DNA of 64,000 bases from Methanomassiliicoccaceae archaeon (GCA_963789555.1 CAWBKY010000006.1:8520-72519), one strand, 5' to 3'. Positions 10,945 to 22,666 are shown, counted from the stretch's first letter. The notes: generated from the sequence alone by a model not told the origin. Numbers and translations are program-made.

Positions 10945-11658
10945 GCGCCTACGGCAGAACAGAGGAAGCGGTACAAGACCTATATCCATGGGTTCGATGA
11001 GAACATCTCTGGTGGCATACCGGAGGGTAACATGGTCCTTTTGTCAGGTACCGCTGGCACCATGAAGTCCTCGCTCACCTATTGCATGCTGTACAAGAAC
11101 GCCGTCAAGGAAGGCATCCCCGGCCTCTACATCTCGTTGGAACAGAGCAAGTCCAGCCTGGTCAGGCAGATGCGCAACCTCGGGTTCACGGACGCCCCGC
11201 CGGGCAAGCTCGAGGTCCTCGACCTGGGCCAGCTGCGCCTGCGCACCGAGGCCTCGAACTGGATCGATACCTTCCGTTACGCGGTGGAGGAGTCGAAGCG
11301 CCGCATGGACTACGAGCTGTTGGTGATCGACTCGCTCGGGGCCTTGAACATGATCGCCCGGTTCCGCGAGCCGCGGGACGAGATATTCCGCCTCTTCGAA
11401 TGGTTGAAGTCCCTGGAGCTCACCGTCTTCATCATCTCCGAGATGCCAGTGGGGGATTTCTCCTATTACGGCGGCGAGGAGGTCGACTTCCTGGCCGACG
11501 GCATCATGCACCTGAAGATGGTCGAGGTGGGGGAGACCGACATCCAGCGGCGCCTGCGATGCGTCAAGATGAGGGAGACGGAGCACTCCACTTCCTACTA
11601 CTCCTTCTATTTCAAGGACAAGACCTTCTATGTGACGAGGGCCATATCCGACTTCTAG
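10945..11658 (+). CDS. Single-domain KaiC/RecA-superfamily ATPase
   Basis: The open frame from 10945 reads ...KTYIHGFDENISGGIPEGNMVLLSGTAGTMKSSL (Walker A GTAGTMKS) and LLVIDSL (Walker B). The first ATG is at 11032, but the conserved N-terminal segment lies upstream, so the true start is either a non-ATG codon or lost to a frameshift. Its stop overlaps the hel308 stop. Confidence 0.7.
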   Translation, partial: APTAEQRKRYKTYIHGFDENISGGIPEGNMVLLSGTAGTMKSSLTYCMLYKNAVKEGIPGLYISLEQSKSSLVRQMRNLGFTDAPPGKLEVLDLGQLRLRTEASNWIDTFRYAVEESKRRMDYELLVIDSLGALNMIARFREPRDEIFRLFEWLKSLELTVFIISEMPVGDFSYYGGEEVDFLADGIMHLKMVEVGETDIQRRLRCVKMRETEHSTSYYSFYFKDKTFYVTRAISDF

Positions 11659-13865
11659 TCTTCATGGTAATCGAAAAGACGGGTCTGGCCCTTGCGCTGC
11701 CCCTTACTTTCCGGCGGCGGGATGGGGTCGCTCCGCTCCCCCTTCTCACTGGTGCCGACCTGGTCCTTTATGCTCTTGGCCAGGGTCTCCCCTATCCCAG
11801 GCACGGCGGCGATCCGGGGCCGGTCCACCTGGCGCAACGCCTCCCGGTCCACCAGTCCCCTCGAGTACAGGGCCCTGGCCCGGGAACGGCCCACCCCTTT
11901 CAGCTTGACCAGGTCCAGCAGCTCGGGCTTGACCCCGTACTCCATCCGGGTCATGAGCTCGGTCAGCACCGGGTAGGCCTCCTTGTTGAAGAGGTTGGAG
12001 AGCTCGCGCATGGAGTAGAGCAGCCATTTCCCCAGCTCCACCTTGTTGCGCAGGTCCCCGGGACCTATGCCCATGACCTCCAGGATCTTCTCCTCCTGCG
12101 TCTCGTCCATCCACTCGTCCAAGGTGACCGCGGTCTTGAACTCCGACAGGAAATAATCGTAGCCCTCGCCCTCCTCCGGGACGTCGCACAGCAGGTCCTT
12201 GCAGCGCTTCAGCACCAGGTCCTCCAGCCATTGGGCGTCCCCGCGTCGGGAGTACATGTTCACCATGTCCGGGGTGGAGCAGATGGCGTGCAGGAAGCCG
12301 AAATGGCCCATGCCCCGTTCGTAACGCCGCAGCGAGTCGCGCAGGCGGACCGCGGTCACGGGGTCGATGTACATGTCGCTTACCCGTTTCCCGAAGAAGC
12401 TGGCCCGATACTGGTCCTCTTCCACCGCGATCATCCCCTCCTTCTCCAGGAAATGAAGGATCCGCTCCACCAGTTCCTCCATGCCCCGCAGGCTGGACTG
12501 GTGGGCGAAGAAGGTGGCGGAGAGCAGTCCGAGCAGCCCCTCCCAGGAGCGCACGGTCTCAGTGGCGATGCTGGCGAGCACATGGCTGCGCAGGACCGCC
12601 TCGTTGCCCAGCTTGGAGAAGACCTCCTCCGAGCTGGCCAGCAGATAGTTCTCGAGGAGCAGGCTGGCCTCGTCCTCGTTGCGCGCCACCAATATGGCCT
12701 CGCCCTCGCTGTCGAAGCGCGGTCTGCCGGCCCGACCGCACATCTGCTTGATCTCCATCACGGGGATGGGGACGTAGCCACCTTCCTCATAGCGTTGCAC
12801 CTCGCGGATGATGACCCGACGTGCTGGCAGGTTGATGCCCGCCGCCAAGGTGGGGGTGGCGATGATCACCTTGATGCGCCCCTTCTTGAAGTTAGATTCG
12901 ATGAAGCGCCGCTGCTCGTTCGTGAGGCCCGGCGTTATGGAAGGCGATCCCGCGCTTCACGCACGACCGGACGGTGGTGGCGATGGTGGTGTGCTCCTCC
13001 GTCCCATCCATCTGCGCCAGTTCCCCATCGCTGATGTCCTTGTCGAGGTAACGGCCGCATCAGTTTGGCGTACTTGACCGCCAGCGACTCGGTGGATTTT
13101 CGGGTGTTGACGAAGACCAGGCACTGCCCCCCTCCCTGCAGCGAGTCCTTGATCAGGCTCCATACCGGGTCCACATCGTAAGGTCACCTTCCGCTTGCTG
13201 TTGTCGGTGAAGCGCACCACCTCTTGGAGATAGACGCCCTCCTTCAGCTTCACCGGCCTCCATTCCGAGGAGATGTGCTCCGCCTGCAACCAGTCCGCCA
13301 TCTCCCGGGAGTTGTTCACCGTGGCGGAGAGGGCGATGACCTGGAGGGCGGGATTGGCGCGGCGCAGCTTGGTCAACGTGATCTCCAGGGTCGGCCCTCG
13401 TCCCGGGTCGTTCATGAGGTGCACCTCATCGGCGACCACCAGCGATAACTGGTCGAACCAATCCACCTGATGGCGGAGCAGGGAGTCCGCCTTCTCCGAC
13501 GTGGCTACGATGACATCGTAATTGCTCAGCCGGGTGTCCGGGGTATCGAAGTCCCCCACCGAGACGCCCACCCTCATGCCCAGTGGCTCGAACTTGCACA
13601 GGTCGTCATACTTCTCCGCCGCCAACGCTCGCAACGGTACGATATACAGCACCTTCCCCCCGCGCTCCAGGACGTGCTTGGTCGCTGCCAGGTAGCCTAT
13701 CAGGGATTTGCCTGAGGCGGTCGGCACGGCGAGGACGAGGTTCTTGCCCGCCAAGGCCGGAGGCAAAGCGGCCTCCTGCGGGGGATAGAGCGTCTCGATG
13801 CCGTCCTGCCTCATCACCTCGGCCACCCCTTCAGGCAGTGGCAGGTCCTGAACCCTCATGCTCAC
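11655..13865 (-). CDS. hel308: Hel308/Ski2-type DNA helicase (frame changes near 13185, 13055 and 12930)
   Basis: Motif I is AVPTASGKS and motif II is VADEVH, with SATVNN. The RecA2 domain reads QCLVFVNTRKSTE...GIAFHNAGL...IIATPTLAAGINLPARRVII...MCGRAGRP. Winged-helix, ratchet and HhH C-terminal parts follow. At about 12930, removing one G from gccgggcctcacg restores AFHNAGLTNEQRRF. Confidence 0.85.
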
Positions 13866-14080
13866 GCCGGGAGCGATGCACGGGCGGGAATATAGGGTTG
13901 TCCCCCCAGCGCCCCTCGCTCGCTAACCTTCCCCTTCGGCCGCTTGGGTGAGGTCGGCATATGATAATTGAAAAAAGTATGCTGGCTCGTTCACCCGCCG
14001 CTGATTTTCAGGAATAGGTTTATCTAGCTGCGGTTGTATGGGATGAATTAGGTCTCTGAATAAAAGAGTAGGAATGTTCT

Positions 14081-16047
14081 ATGGTTGACGATTGCCCGAA
14101 GGAGGCGGCGATGATGCAGGAGGTGGACACCTGGATCGAGTCGCAGAACTTCAACAGCACGGCGGACATCAAGATCCCCGACAAACTAGCCGATCAGGTC
14201 ATTGGCCAGGATTCGGCCGTAGAGGTGGTCAAGAAGGCCTCCGAGCAGAAGCGCCATGTCATGCTCATCGGTGAGCCCGGTACCGGGAAGTCCATGTTGG
14301 CCAAGGCCATGACCGAGTACCTCCCGAAGAGCGAGCTGCAGGATGTCATAGCCTATCATAACCCGGAGGACTCCAACGAGCCGCGCATCCGCATCGTCCC
14401 TGCCGGGAAAGGCAAGGACATCGTGAACGCGCAGAAGAAGGAGGCCATGCAGCGCAAGTCACAGCGCACCTCCATGGTGACGGCGATCGTCCTGATGGTG
14501 GTGGTCCTGACCATCATGCTCTACCTATCCACCAATCCGCGCGACACCTCGATACTGTTGGTCGGTATCGTGGCGGCGGCTTTGATATTCTTCGCCATGC
14601 GCTATACTGGCCAAAGGCAAGAGAATTACATCGTCCCCAAGTTGCTGGTGTCCCATGAGGACTCCAACATCGCCCCGTTCATCGACGGCACCGGCGCCCA
14701 TGCTGGTGCGCTGCTAGGTGACGTCAGGCACGACCCCTTCCAGAGCGGAGGGCTGGAGACCCCGGCCCATGAGCGCCTGGAGGTCGGAGCCATCCACAAG
14801 GCCAGCAAGGGCGTGCTGTTCATCGACGAGATCAACATGATGAGGATCGAGTCGCAGCAGTCGCTGCTGACCGCATTGCAGGAGGGGAAGTTCTCCATCA
14901 CCGGTCAGAGCGAGCGCTCCTCCGGTGCCATGGTCAAGTCCGAGCCCGTCCCATGCGACTTCATCCTGGTATGCGCAGGTAACCTGGACGCCATGCAGGG
15001 CATGCACCCGGCGCTCCGGTCCCGTATCCGTGGCTACGGTTACGAGGTATTCATGCGCTCCACCATGGACGACACCGCCGAGAACCGGGAGAAGCTGATC
15101 CGTTTCGTGGCCCAAGAAGTGGCCAAGGACAAGAAGATCCCCCAGTTCGACCGCAAGGCCGTCGGGGAGATCATCAAGGAGGCACAGCGCCGTGCCGGTC
15201 GCAAGGGCCAGCTGACCCTGCGCCTGCGTGAGCTAGGCGGTCTGGTCCGCGTCTCCGGGGACATAGCCCGGGAGAGGAACGCCGCCGTGGTGACCCAGGA
15301 GCATGTCACCGACGCCAAGAAGATCGCCAAGAGCCTGGAGCAGCAGATCGTGGACCGATACATCCAGTCCCGCAAGCTCTACCGCACCTTCGGCACCGAA
15401 GGCGACGCGGTGGGCATCGTGAACGGCCTGGCCGCCATGAACTCCGACTCATCCATGTCCGAGCTGTCCGGTATCGTCCTGCCCATCGTGGCCGAGGTGA
15501 CCCCGGCCCATACCAAGAACGGAGGCACCATCATCGCCACCGGCAAGCTGGGAGAGATCGCCAAGGAAGCGGTGCTGAACGTCTCCGCCATCATCAAGAA
15601 GTACACCGGCGAGGACATCAGCAACCACGACGTGCACATCCAGTTCATCGGCACCTACGATGGCGTGGAGGGCGATTCCGCCTCCATATCCGTGGCCACG
15701 GCGGTCATCTCCGCCCTGGAGGACGTCCCGGTGGACCAAACGGTCGCCATGACCGGTTCGCTCAGCGTCAGGGGCCAGGTGCTCCCCGTCGGTGGCGTGA
15801 CCGCCAAGATCGAGGCGGCGGCCGAGTCCGGTATCAAGCGGGTCATCATCCCGCGGGCCAACCTCAACGACGTCGTGCTCGAGACCAGGTACGTGGGCAA
15901 GATCGAGATCATCCCCGTGGTCATCGATGCGCGAGGTGCTGGACCATGCCCTCAGCTGGTGGCATCAAGAAGGACAGCCTCCTCAAGAAGCTGGCCGACC
16001 TGGGGGAGAAGTTCTCGCCGACCCCCGCCAAGGTCCCCATCTGCTGA
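14081..16047 (+). CDS. lonB: Archaeal membrane-bound Lon protease LonB (two frameshifts near 15925 and 15955)
   Basis: AAA+ Walker [18 protein letters not shown], with two transmembrane helices inserted ([17 protein letters not shown] / [16 protein letters not shown]). The protease domain reads [20 protein letters not shown]...[24 protein letters not shown]. The C-terminus is recovered as ...MREVLDHAL / [29 protein letters not shown]. Confidence 0.9.
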
Positions 16048-16116
16048 GAAACCACTTCCTTTTCCATCATTTTCCGATATTATTTCTATCCGCCTGCTCC
16101 ATCTATCTCCGATCAG

Positions 16117-16685
<569 letters not shown>

Positions 16686-17197
16686 GGAGAGGCAAGAAGA
16701 CGCATCTCCGTGGCCGAGTCGATGACCGGTGGGCTGGTAGGGGACATCATAACCAATGTGCCCGGTTCCTCGAAGTACTTCGAGGGCGGGGTCGTGACCT
16801 ATTCCGACCTATCCAAACAGGAGCTCCTGGGAGTTCGGCCGGAGACCTTGCGCATCCATGGGGCGGTGAGCGAGCAGTGCGCCCTGGAGATGGCGGCCGG
16901 CGTCCGCGAACGCTTCCATACCCATGTCGGCATATCGCTGACAGGCATCGCCGGACCTTCCGGGGCCACCTTCGGGAAGCCGGTCGGTCTGGTCATTTTC
17001 GGCGTATGATGATGGCAAGGTGCGCATGACCGACCACAAGACCTTCTCCGGAGAACGGGAGGAGATCAAGCTGGCGGCGGCGGAGCACCTCATCACCATG
17101 ACCTTGGAGCTCTTGCACGAGGAGTGAGATCGTCAGACCGTCCTCTGAAAAGTTCTTTATTGTCGAAGAGCGATAAAACCCCGCACGGGGTTATGGG

Positions 17198-18040
17198 ATG
17201 GGTGCCTCACTTAGACGTATACCGACAGGTGTCTCTGATTTCGACAACATCGTCAAAGGAGGCATGCCGCTGGGGTCGGTGGTCCTCCTCCTGGGCGACC
17301 TGGGTGCGGGGCAGCACGAGTACGCCATTACCTCGGCGGCGAAGCTGAGCCTCGTGCGCGAGAACCCCAGTAGCGCCGAGTTCTACCTCGGCACCAGCGT
17401 TCGGGACAGGCACATGCCCGAGCGCATCTTCTATGTCACCTTCAGCCGTTCCAAGGAGGACATCCTGGAGGAGATCCGCATGTCCTTCAACGAGGACTTC
17501 TACGACTGCTTCAAACGCAACGTCATCTTCCAGGACTTCTCCGACAAGTACTTCCGCCAGACCCTGGTGCCACGCAGCTGGGCCGGGGACGGCGCCTCCG
17601 CCCTGTTCTCCAACAACGGGGACCAGGGCCTGCTGGAGAGCCTGGTCTCCTGGCTGGACGAGAACGCCAAGGACAGCATGGTGGTCATCGATTCGCTCAC
17701 CGACCTGTTGCTCAGCACCAAGATCGAGACCACCGACCTGGTGGCGGTGCTGAAGGGCCTGCAGCGGGTCAGCAAGCGCTGGGCCGGCGTGGTCTACCTC
17801 ATCCTCACCAAGGACGTGGTGGACGAAAAGATGCAGCGCATGATAATGGACTCGGTGGACGGCGCCCTGATGTTCCAGTGGAGCAAGCTTGGCATATCGT
17901 CTCGGCGGCAGCGCTACATGCACGTGGAGAAGTTCATGAGCATACTGCCGCACTTGGAGAAGGAAAGGGTGGCCCGCTTCGCCACGACGGTGACGGCGAG
18001 CAGCGGACTGGTCGTCATCGATACGGAAAGGATCGTGTGA
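17198..18040 (+). CDS. KaiC/RecA-like protein with degenerate Walker A (probably non-catalytic paralogue)
   Basis: Intact 280-aa ORF. The N-terminus RIPTGVSDFDNIVKGGMPLGSVVLLLGDLGAGQHEY aligns to the KaiC-like P-loop region but lacks GK[ST]. A Walker-B-like MVVIDSLTDLL is retained. Confidence 0.6.
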   Translation: MGASLRRIPTGVSDFDNIVKGGMPLGSVVLLLGDLGAGQHEYAITSAAKLSLVRENPSSAEFYLGTSVRDRHMPERIFYVTFSRSKEDILEEIRMSFNEDFYDCFKRNVIFQDFSDKYFRQTLVPRSWAGDGASALFSNNGDQGLLESLVSWLDENAKDSMVVIDSLTDLLLSTKIETTDLVAVLKGLQRVSKRWAGVVYLILTKDVVDEKMQRMIMDSVDGALMFQWSKLGISSRRQRYMHVEKFMSILPHLEKERVARFATTVTASSGLVVIDTERIV

Positions 18041-18045
18041 TTAAC

Positions 18046-18741
18046 ATGGACAGGGTGAAGACGGGGATCGAGGGGCTCGACATCATGCTGGACGGTGGCG
18101 TGCCGAAGAACCATACCTTCGTGGTGATGGGCTCGTTCGGCACGGGGAAGACCACCTTCGGGCTGCAATTCCTCAACCAGGGCCTGGCCCTGGGGGAGAA
18201 AGGCATCTACATCTCGTTGGAGGAGGACCAGGAATCCATAATGGAGGACGCCCGGTCACATGGCTGGGAGCTCAAACCCTTCATCGACTCCAAGCAGCTG
18301 ACCGTGGTAAAGCTCGAGCCGAACGATGCCAAGACCACCGTGCAACGCATCAAGAGCGAGCTGCCCGAGTTCATCAAGCAGTCGGGGGCCTCGCGCATCG
18401 TGGTCGATTCGGTCTCGCTGCTGAACATGCTCTTCGACAACGAGCATGAGCGCAGGGCCAACCTGTTCAACCTGTCCCAGATGATCAAGAGGACCGGGGC
18501 CACCTGCCTCATGACCGCCGAGGTCAAGGATGAGAACCCGCTCTGCTCCCGGGACGGTCTGGTGGAGTATGTGGCCGACGGCGTCATCTCGCTACGCTAC
18601 GTGGAGCGCCTGGAGAAGTCGGAGCTGCAGCTGTCGGTGCGGATAATCAAGATGCGCCGCACCAACCACTCCCGCAAGATCACGCCCTATCAGATCACGT
18701 CCAAGGGCATCGTGGTCCACGAGGGCTCGGAGATCAACTGA
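18046..18741 (+). CDS. Single-domain KaiC-like ATPase
   Basis: Reads from the ATG at 18046: MDRVKTGIEGLDIMLDGGVPKNHTFVVMGSFGTGKTTFGLQF (canonical Walker A). RIVVDSVSLL is the Walker B. It starts 5 nt after the preceding paralogue. Confidence 0.75.
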   Translation: MDRVKTGIEGLDIMLDGGVPKNHTFVVMGSFGTGKTTFGLQFLNQGLALGEKGIYISLEEDQESIMEDARSHGWELKPFIDSKQLTVVKLEPNDAKTTVQRIKSELPEFIKQSGASRIVVDSVSLLNMLFDNEHERRANLFNLSQMIKRTGATCLMTAEVKDENPLCSRDGLVEYVADGVISLRYVERLEKSELQLSVRIIKMRRTNHSRKITPYQITSKGIVVHEGSEIN

Positions 18742-18795
18742 GCGCTCCCGAAAAAGAATATTAGGGCGAGGTGGATATGCCGCCTCGGTGCCTCA

Positions 18796-19699
18796 ATGAA
18801 GCTGTACCGCGTCGGCAAGGTCAAGAAGGTCTGGGAGGTGGACGACGACTCCTTGGAGTTCGAGTTCACGGACAACATCTCCGTATTTGACAAGATCATC
18901 CCCACCGAGATCCCTTTCAAGGGAGAGACGCTGTGCCGGACATCGGCCTACTGGCTGAAGCTTTGCGAGGAGCAAGGCATACGCACCGACTTCAAGCGCC
19001 TCAACGGACCGAACCGCATGCTGGTCAAGCGCGTCGACGTCATACCCGAATATGACCGAGCTGAACCGCACCACCACCAATTTCCTCATCCCCCTGGAGT
19101 TCATCTGCCGCCACTATAACGCCGGGTCCTTGAACGACCGGATCAAGGAGGGCGAGGTGGACGTCACCAGGTTAGGCTATGCCACCGGACACTCCCCAGC
19201 CTATGGGGAGAAGCTGCCCCGGCCCTTCTTCGAGACCACCACCAAATTGGAGAAGGTGGACCGGAACCTCACCGACGAGGAGGCCTTACAGATCTCCAGT
19301 CTCAGCAATGAGGAGTACCATCACGTCTTCGATGTCATCGGGCGGATCGATGACATCATCGCCAAGGAGGTGGGTCAGCGCGGCCTGATCCATGTGGACG
19401 GCAAGAAGGAGTTCGCCTACGACGAGAGGAGGCGCCTGATGATAGTCGACACCTTCGGCACCGCGGACGAGGACCGCTGGTGGGACCAGGCCATGTATGC
19501 CCAAGGCAAGTGCGTGGAGCTCTCCAAGGAGTTCGTGCGACAGTACTATCGGGACATCGGCTACCACGAGCAGCTGAGCAAGGCCCGCAAGCACAAAGAG
19601 CCCGAGCCGGACATACCACCCCTGCCCCAGGCCAAGGTGGAAGAGGTCAGCCAGCTCTACATCGGCATGTACGAGAAGCTCACCGGGCTCACGTTCTGA
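18796..19699 (+). CDS. purC: SAICAR synthase (one frameshift near 19050)
   Basis: MKLYRVGKVKKVWEVDDDSLEFEFTDNISVFDKIIP...; the second frame reads NFLIPLEFICRHYNAGSL...FETTTKLE..DRNLTDEEA...IHVDGKKEFAYD. Confidence 0.85.
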
Positions 19700-20131
19700 T
19701 CACAGATACCCGCCCAAGGGCTGGGCCGGCCCGTAGGTGGAGGTTTCGGGCATGACCCGGGGGCGGCCGATGTGCTCCAGTCTCAACCGCTCATCGTACG
19801 AATAGACCAGATAGTAGAAGAGCCACTGCTGGTTGAGCTCCAGCAGCCGAATGCGGGCGGCCATGGCCACCTCCTTGGGGGCGAGGACCACCAACCTGAC
19901 CTTGTTCCGCAGGGCGGTCTCATACTCCCAAAGGCGCTTCTTCGAACCCCAGGAATCGACCGTCTCCACGAACTCCAAGCCGACGAGATATCTGTCGTCC
20001 AGGACCTTGATGACGCCCCTCCCTTCCGGGTCGAGGTAGAATTTGGCCTTGGCCCGGGGGAAGATACGATGGAACTCATCCAGGGAACGTTCCATGCGCA
20101 TCGCTGCGACCTGCTCCACCAGCTCGGGCAT
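19700..20131 (-). CDS. Hypothetical protein (143 aa)
   Basis: Intact ORF with ordinary composition and no motif I can name. Its stop abuts the purC stop inside the palindrome TGATCA. Confidence 0.5.
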   Translation of the reverse strand: MPELVEQVAAMRMERSLDEFHRIFPRAKAKFYLDPEGRGVIKVLDDRYLVGLEFVETVDSWGSKKRLWEYETALRNKVRLVVLAPKEVAMAARIRLLELNQQWLFYYLVYSYDERLRLEHIGRPRVMPETSTYGPAQPLGGYL

Positions 20132-20219
20132 GGCACGTCGATTGAACTGCGAAGTTTATAAAATATCCGAAAGGACCGCCGTAAGAAGATTATTCTTCCA
20201 GCAATCCGTTCGTTCCTAC

Positions 20220-21041
20220 ATGGGTCCCAGGCCCGCTTGGATGGAGGCGAGGAAGGTCATCCGATGGCAGATCGACCCCATAGTGCGGTTGGAGGCCATC
20301 CCTCTGGGGCGATCGGAGGGCAGGGTGCTCGCCGAGGACCTGGTGCAAACCTCCTGCCTTCCGCAACTGGGCAAAGGGCTGACCATAGGGTCGGACCAGG
20401 TCCGGGCCATGGAATGTCTCGGGGCTGATGAGGTCTTGGTCTATAGTCAACCCAAGGCATTGATGGTGGAGGGGCCGGAGGGCGAGGAGGCATCCCCAGA
20501 ACTCTCCCAACTGGCCAGGTATGTCGCAAGGTTCGGGGCGGTCCCGCTGCTGGAGAGGTGCGGGATGGAGTCCCAGGCGGGCACGGTCCGCAGGAACATC
20601 GGCGCGGACCTGGTCCTGGTCCGAGGACCGGATCCGGGGACAACATCCTATTGTCGGGAAAAGGGCAGGGCGCTGTTCGAGGGCATCGCATTGACGCCAG
20701 GGGGCGGTACGTCCCTTTACCTGATCGACGACACCCCGGTCATGCTGCTGCCTTCCCACGGCCAAGAACTCCTGGGGGCCGAACTGCTGCCGCTCCAGGC
20801 CTTGGTCCGGCAGATGACGCGAAAGGACGACTCGGTACCGGTCCGTGGCACCATGTCCGGATTATTTTCGTCCCGCCCAGATCTCGATGAGGTTAAGTTC
20901 CTTAGGGCTGGGGCGGACGGAACCATGACCGCTTGCGATGCCGCCGCAGGCCTATCGGTTGCTTACCTCTATTACCTCGTGATGCCCGCCGGTTCTCCAT
21001 CGCTGTTGCCCGGCGACCAAGCCGTCTGCTGGCCCTGCTAA
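20220..21041 (+). CDS. Short MoeA-like (molybdopterin molybdenumtransferase-related) protein
   Basis: From the ATG at 20220: WMEARKVIRWQIDPIVRLEAIPLGRSEGRVLAEDLVQTSCLPQ resembles the MoeA N-terminal signature (e.v.L.ea.GRvLAedv.a...lP.f). At about 273 aa it is far shorter than canonical MoeA. The longer raw ORF from 20043 overlaps the neighbouring gene. Confidence 0.4.
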   Translation: MGPRPAWMEARKVIRWQIDPIVRLEAIPLGRSEGRVLAEDLVQTSCLPQLGKGLTIGSDQVRAMECLGADEVLVYSQPKALMVEGPEGEEASPELSQLARYVARFGAVPLLERCGMESQAGTVRRNIGADLVLVRGPDPGTTSYCREKGRALFEGIALTPGGGTSLYLIDDTPVMLLPSHGQELLGAELLPLQALVRQMTRKDDSVPVRGTMSGLFSSRPDLDEVKFLRAGADGTMTACDAAAGLSVAYLYYLVMPAGSPSLLPGDQAVCWPC

Positions 21042-21463
21042 TCGAAGGCCACTTCCACCAATCTCATGCCCTCTGGGCAGTCGATGTCGCGGAAGACCTT
21101 GCCGATCCGCCCTTTCATGCCCTTATCCAGGCCGACAGGATGGCACAATCGGTACTTGGTGCAACCTAGATTGCGGCAGCGGATCTCCTCGAGGGTGACG
21201 GTGGAACCCTCCAAGGCGGCCTTCTTTGATACCGCCCCCCGGAACGGCACCTTCTCCACTTCCACCACTCGAACGCCGTCCTCGTGGATCTTGCATTCAT
21301 GGTGCACGTCCCGCTTCGCCTTGATGCGGTACTTCCCGCCGCTGTCAAGGTTGAAGCAGACCGCCTTGAGCTTGCACTCCCTGCATTCGGTCAATGGACC
21401 GCGGTATACGAACACCACGCCTTCCTTGGCCTGTCTCTCGCCTATCAGTGTGACTATGACCAT
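21038..21463 (-). CDS. UPF0179 family archaeal protein
   Basis: Intact 141 aa. MVIVTLIGERQAKEGVVFVYRGPLTECRECKLKAVCFNLDSGGKYRIKAKRDVHHECKIHEDGVRVVEV matches my memory of UPF0179 (TLIG...G..F...G....C..C....C.NL..G..Y.I...R...H.C.lHe). Confidence 0.6.
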   Translation of the reverse strand: MVIVTLIGERQAKEGVVFVYRGPLTECRECKLKAVCFNLDSGGKYRIKAKRDVHHECKIHEDGVRVVEVEKVPFRGAVSKKAALEGSTVTLEEIRCRNLGCTKYRLCHPVGLDKGMKGRIGKVFRDIDCPEGMRLVEVAFD

Positions 21464-21487
21464 GCTATCGCCTTCCGCCCCGAGCCC

Positions 21488-22552
21488 TCAGATGACCTGA
21501 GTGATCGTGGCTATCTTCTCTGCCGCCTCGGCCGTCAGCCCCATGCCCAGGATCGTGAAACGGTCCTTTCGGATCTTGTGGGCCGTGACCAAGGCCTGTA
21601 TCACCTGCTCCTTCGTGATGCCCATGTCCCGTGCGGAAGTGGGCGCACCGATGCGGAGCAAAGCATTCCTTATCCGGTGCCAATCCCCGCCGTGAAGGTA
21701 CATCATCATGATGCAACCGACGCCGCACTGCTCGCCGTGCAGCGCCTTCCCTGGCGCGATCAGGTCCAACGCATGGGAGAACATATGTTCCGACCCGCTC
21801 GTCGGCCTCGAGCTTCCCGCCACGCTCATCGATATGCCGGAGATTATTATGGGGCGTATGGCGATCCACACGCTCTCCTCCAATCCCGGCCGGATGAGGT
21901 CGGCGCTCTCTATAATGGTCTCAGCCGTATAGCTCGCCAGGGAGTAGGCGGAACGGCTGAAGCTCTCATTGCGCAAGCGCTTGGCGAACTCCCAGTCCAT
22001 CAGCGCCGTTGAGTTGGAGATGACGTCCGCGCAGCCAGAGGCCAGCAGACGGTATGGTGATTGGACGATGACGGCGGTGTCTGCCACCACGCCCAACGGG
22101 ACCTTGGCGTCCATCGAGACCGGTCCCTTGTTGTTGCGGATCGAGGCCCGCCCGGAGGCGATGCCATCATGCGAGGCGGAGGTTGGGACGGACAGGAACT
22201 CCAGACCGAGCTCCTTGGCGGTCATCTTGGCCAGGTCGATCTTGCTCCCGCCGCCCACCCCGAGGAGGAAGTCCGCCTTCGCTTCCCGGGTGGCCTCAAC
22301 CACCTTCTTCAGGTTCTCATCTGAAGCCTCGGTCACGAGCACCTGTTGCACATCGTAACCGTTCTTGCGCATAGCGTCCTCTATGACCTCCCCTGCGGCC
22401 TTCTGGGTCTTCTCCCCGGCGACTATCATCGCCGTACCGGTGAGAGCGAACTCCTTACAGACCTTGGGGACCAATTCAATGACGCCGTGGCCCGCAAGAA
22501 CTTGTCGAGGAAAAACCATGGAGCGAGCCTTGGTGAAGTCGCCTTCTTCCAT
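21488..22552 (-). CDS. egsA: sn-Glycerol-1-phosphate dehydrogenase
   Basis: Intact 354 aa in the iron-alcohol-dehydrogenase-like fold: FPRQVLAGHGV...LLGVGGGSKIDLAKM...VPTSASHDGIASGRASI...SGSEHMFSHALD...LHGEQCGVG. Confidence 0.85.
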   Translation of the reverse strand: MEEGDFTKARSMVFPRQVLAGHGVIELVPKVCKEFALTGTAMIVAGEKTQKAAGEVIEDAMRKNGYDVQQVLVTEASDENLKKVVEATREAKADFLLGVGGGSKIDLAKMTAKELGLEFLSVPTSASHDGIASGRASIRNNKGPVSMDAKVPLGVVADTAVIVQSPYRLLASGCADVISNSTALMDWEFAKRLRNESFSRSAYSLASYTAETIIESADLIRPGLEESVWIAIRPIIISGISMSVAGSSRPTSGSEHMFSHALDLIAPGKALHGEQCGVGCIMMMYLHGGDWHRIRNALLRIGAPTSARDMGITKEQVIQALVTAHKIRKDRFTILGMGLTAEAAEKIATITQVI

Positions 22553-22666
22553 CCAAGCACCGTTAATGCCTCAATATAAGGCTACTCGTTCATGTAGTTA
22601 TCGGTAAACCGTGCTTCCCAGCAAGACACTGGCATGAGCATTGGCGTTCATTATTTTAAGAATAAG

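Noticed and set aside
9516-10976. A 486-aa minus-strand ORF antisense to thrC. Similar long antisense ORFs occur at 11082-13034 (650 aa), 6710-7756, 5334-6107, 29475-30524 and 17207-17953.
   Set aside because: They lie opposite genes with strong family motifs. Their translations are Arg/Gly/Pro/His-rich low-complexity strings. This is the usual shadow-ORF effect in GC-rich DNA.
17177-17192. Small hairpin AACCCCG-ca-CGGGGTT 6 nt upstream of the KaiC-like gene start
   Set aside because: It is too short, with a 2-4 nt loop, and has no T-tract. It cannot be told apart from chance GC-rich complementarity.
19697-19702. Abutting convergent stop codons inside the palindrome TGATCA (purC / hypothetical gene)
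   Set aside because: A neat packing detail, but expected by chance in a compact genome. No regulatory implication can be supported.
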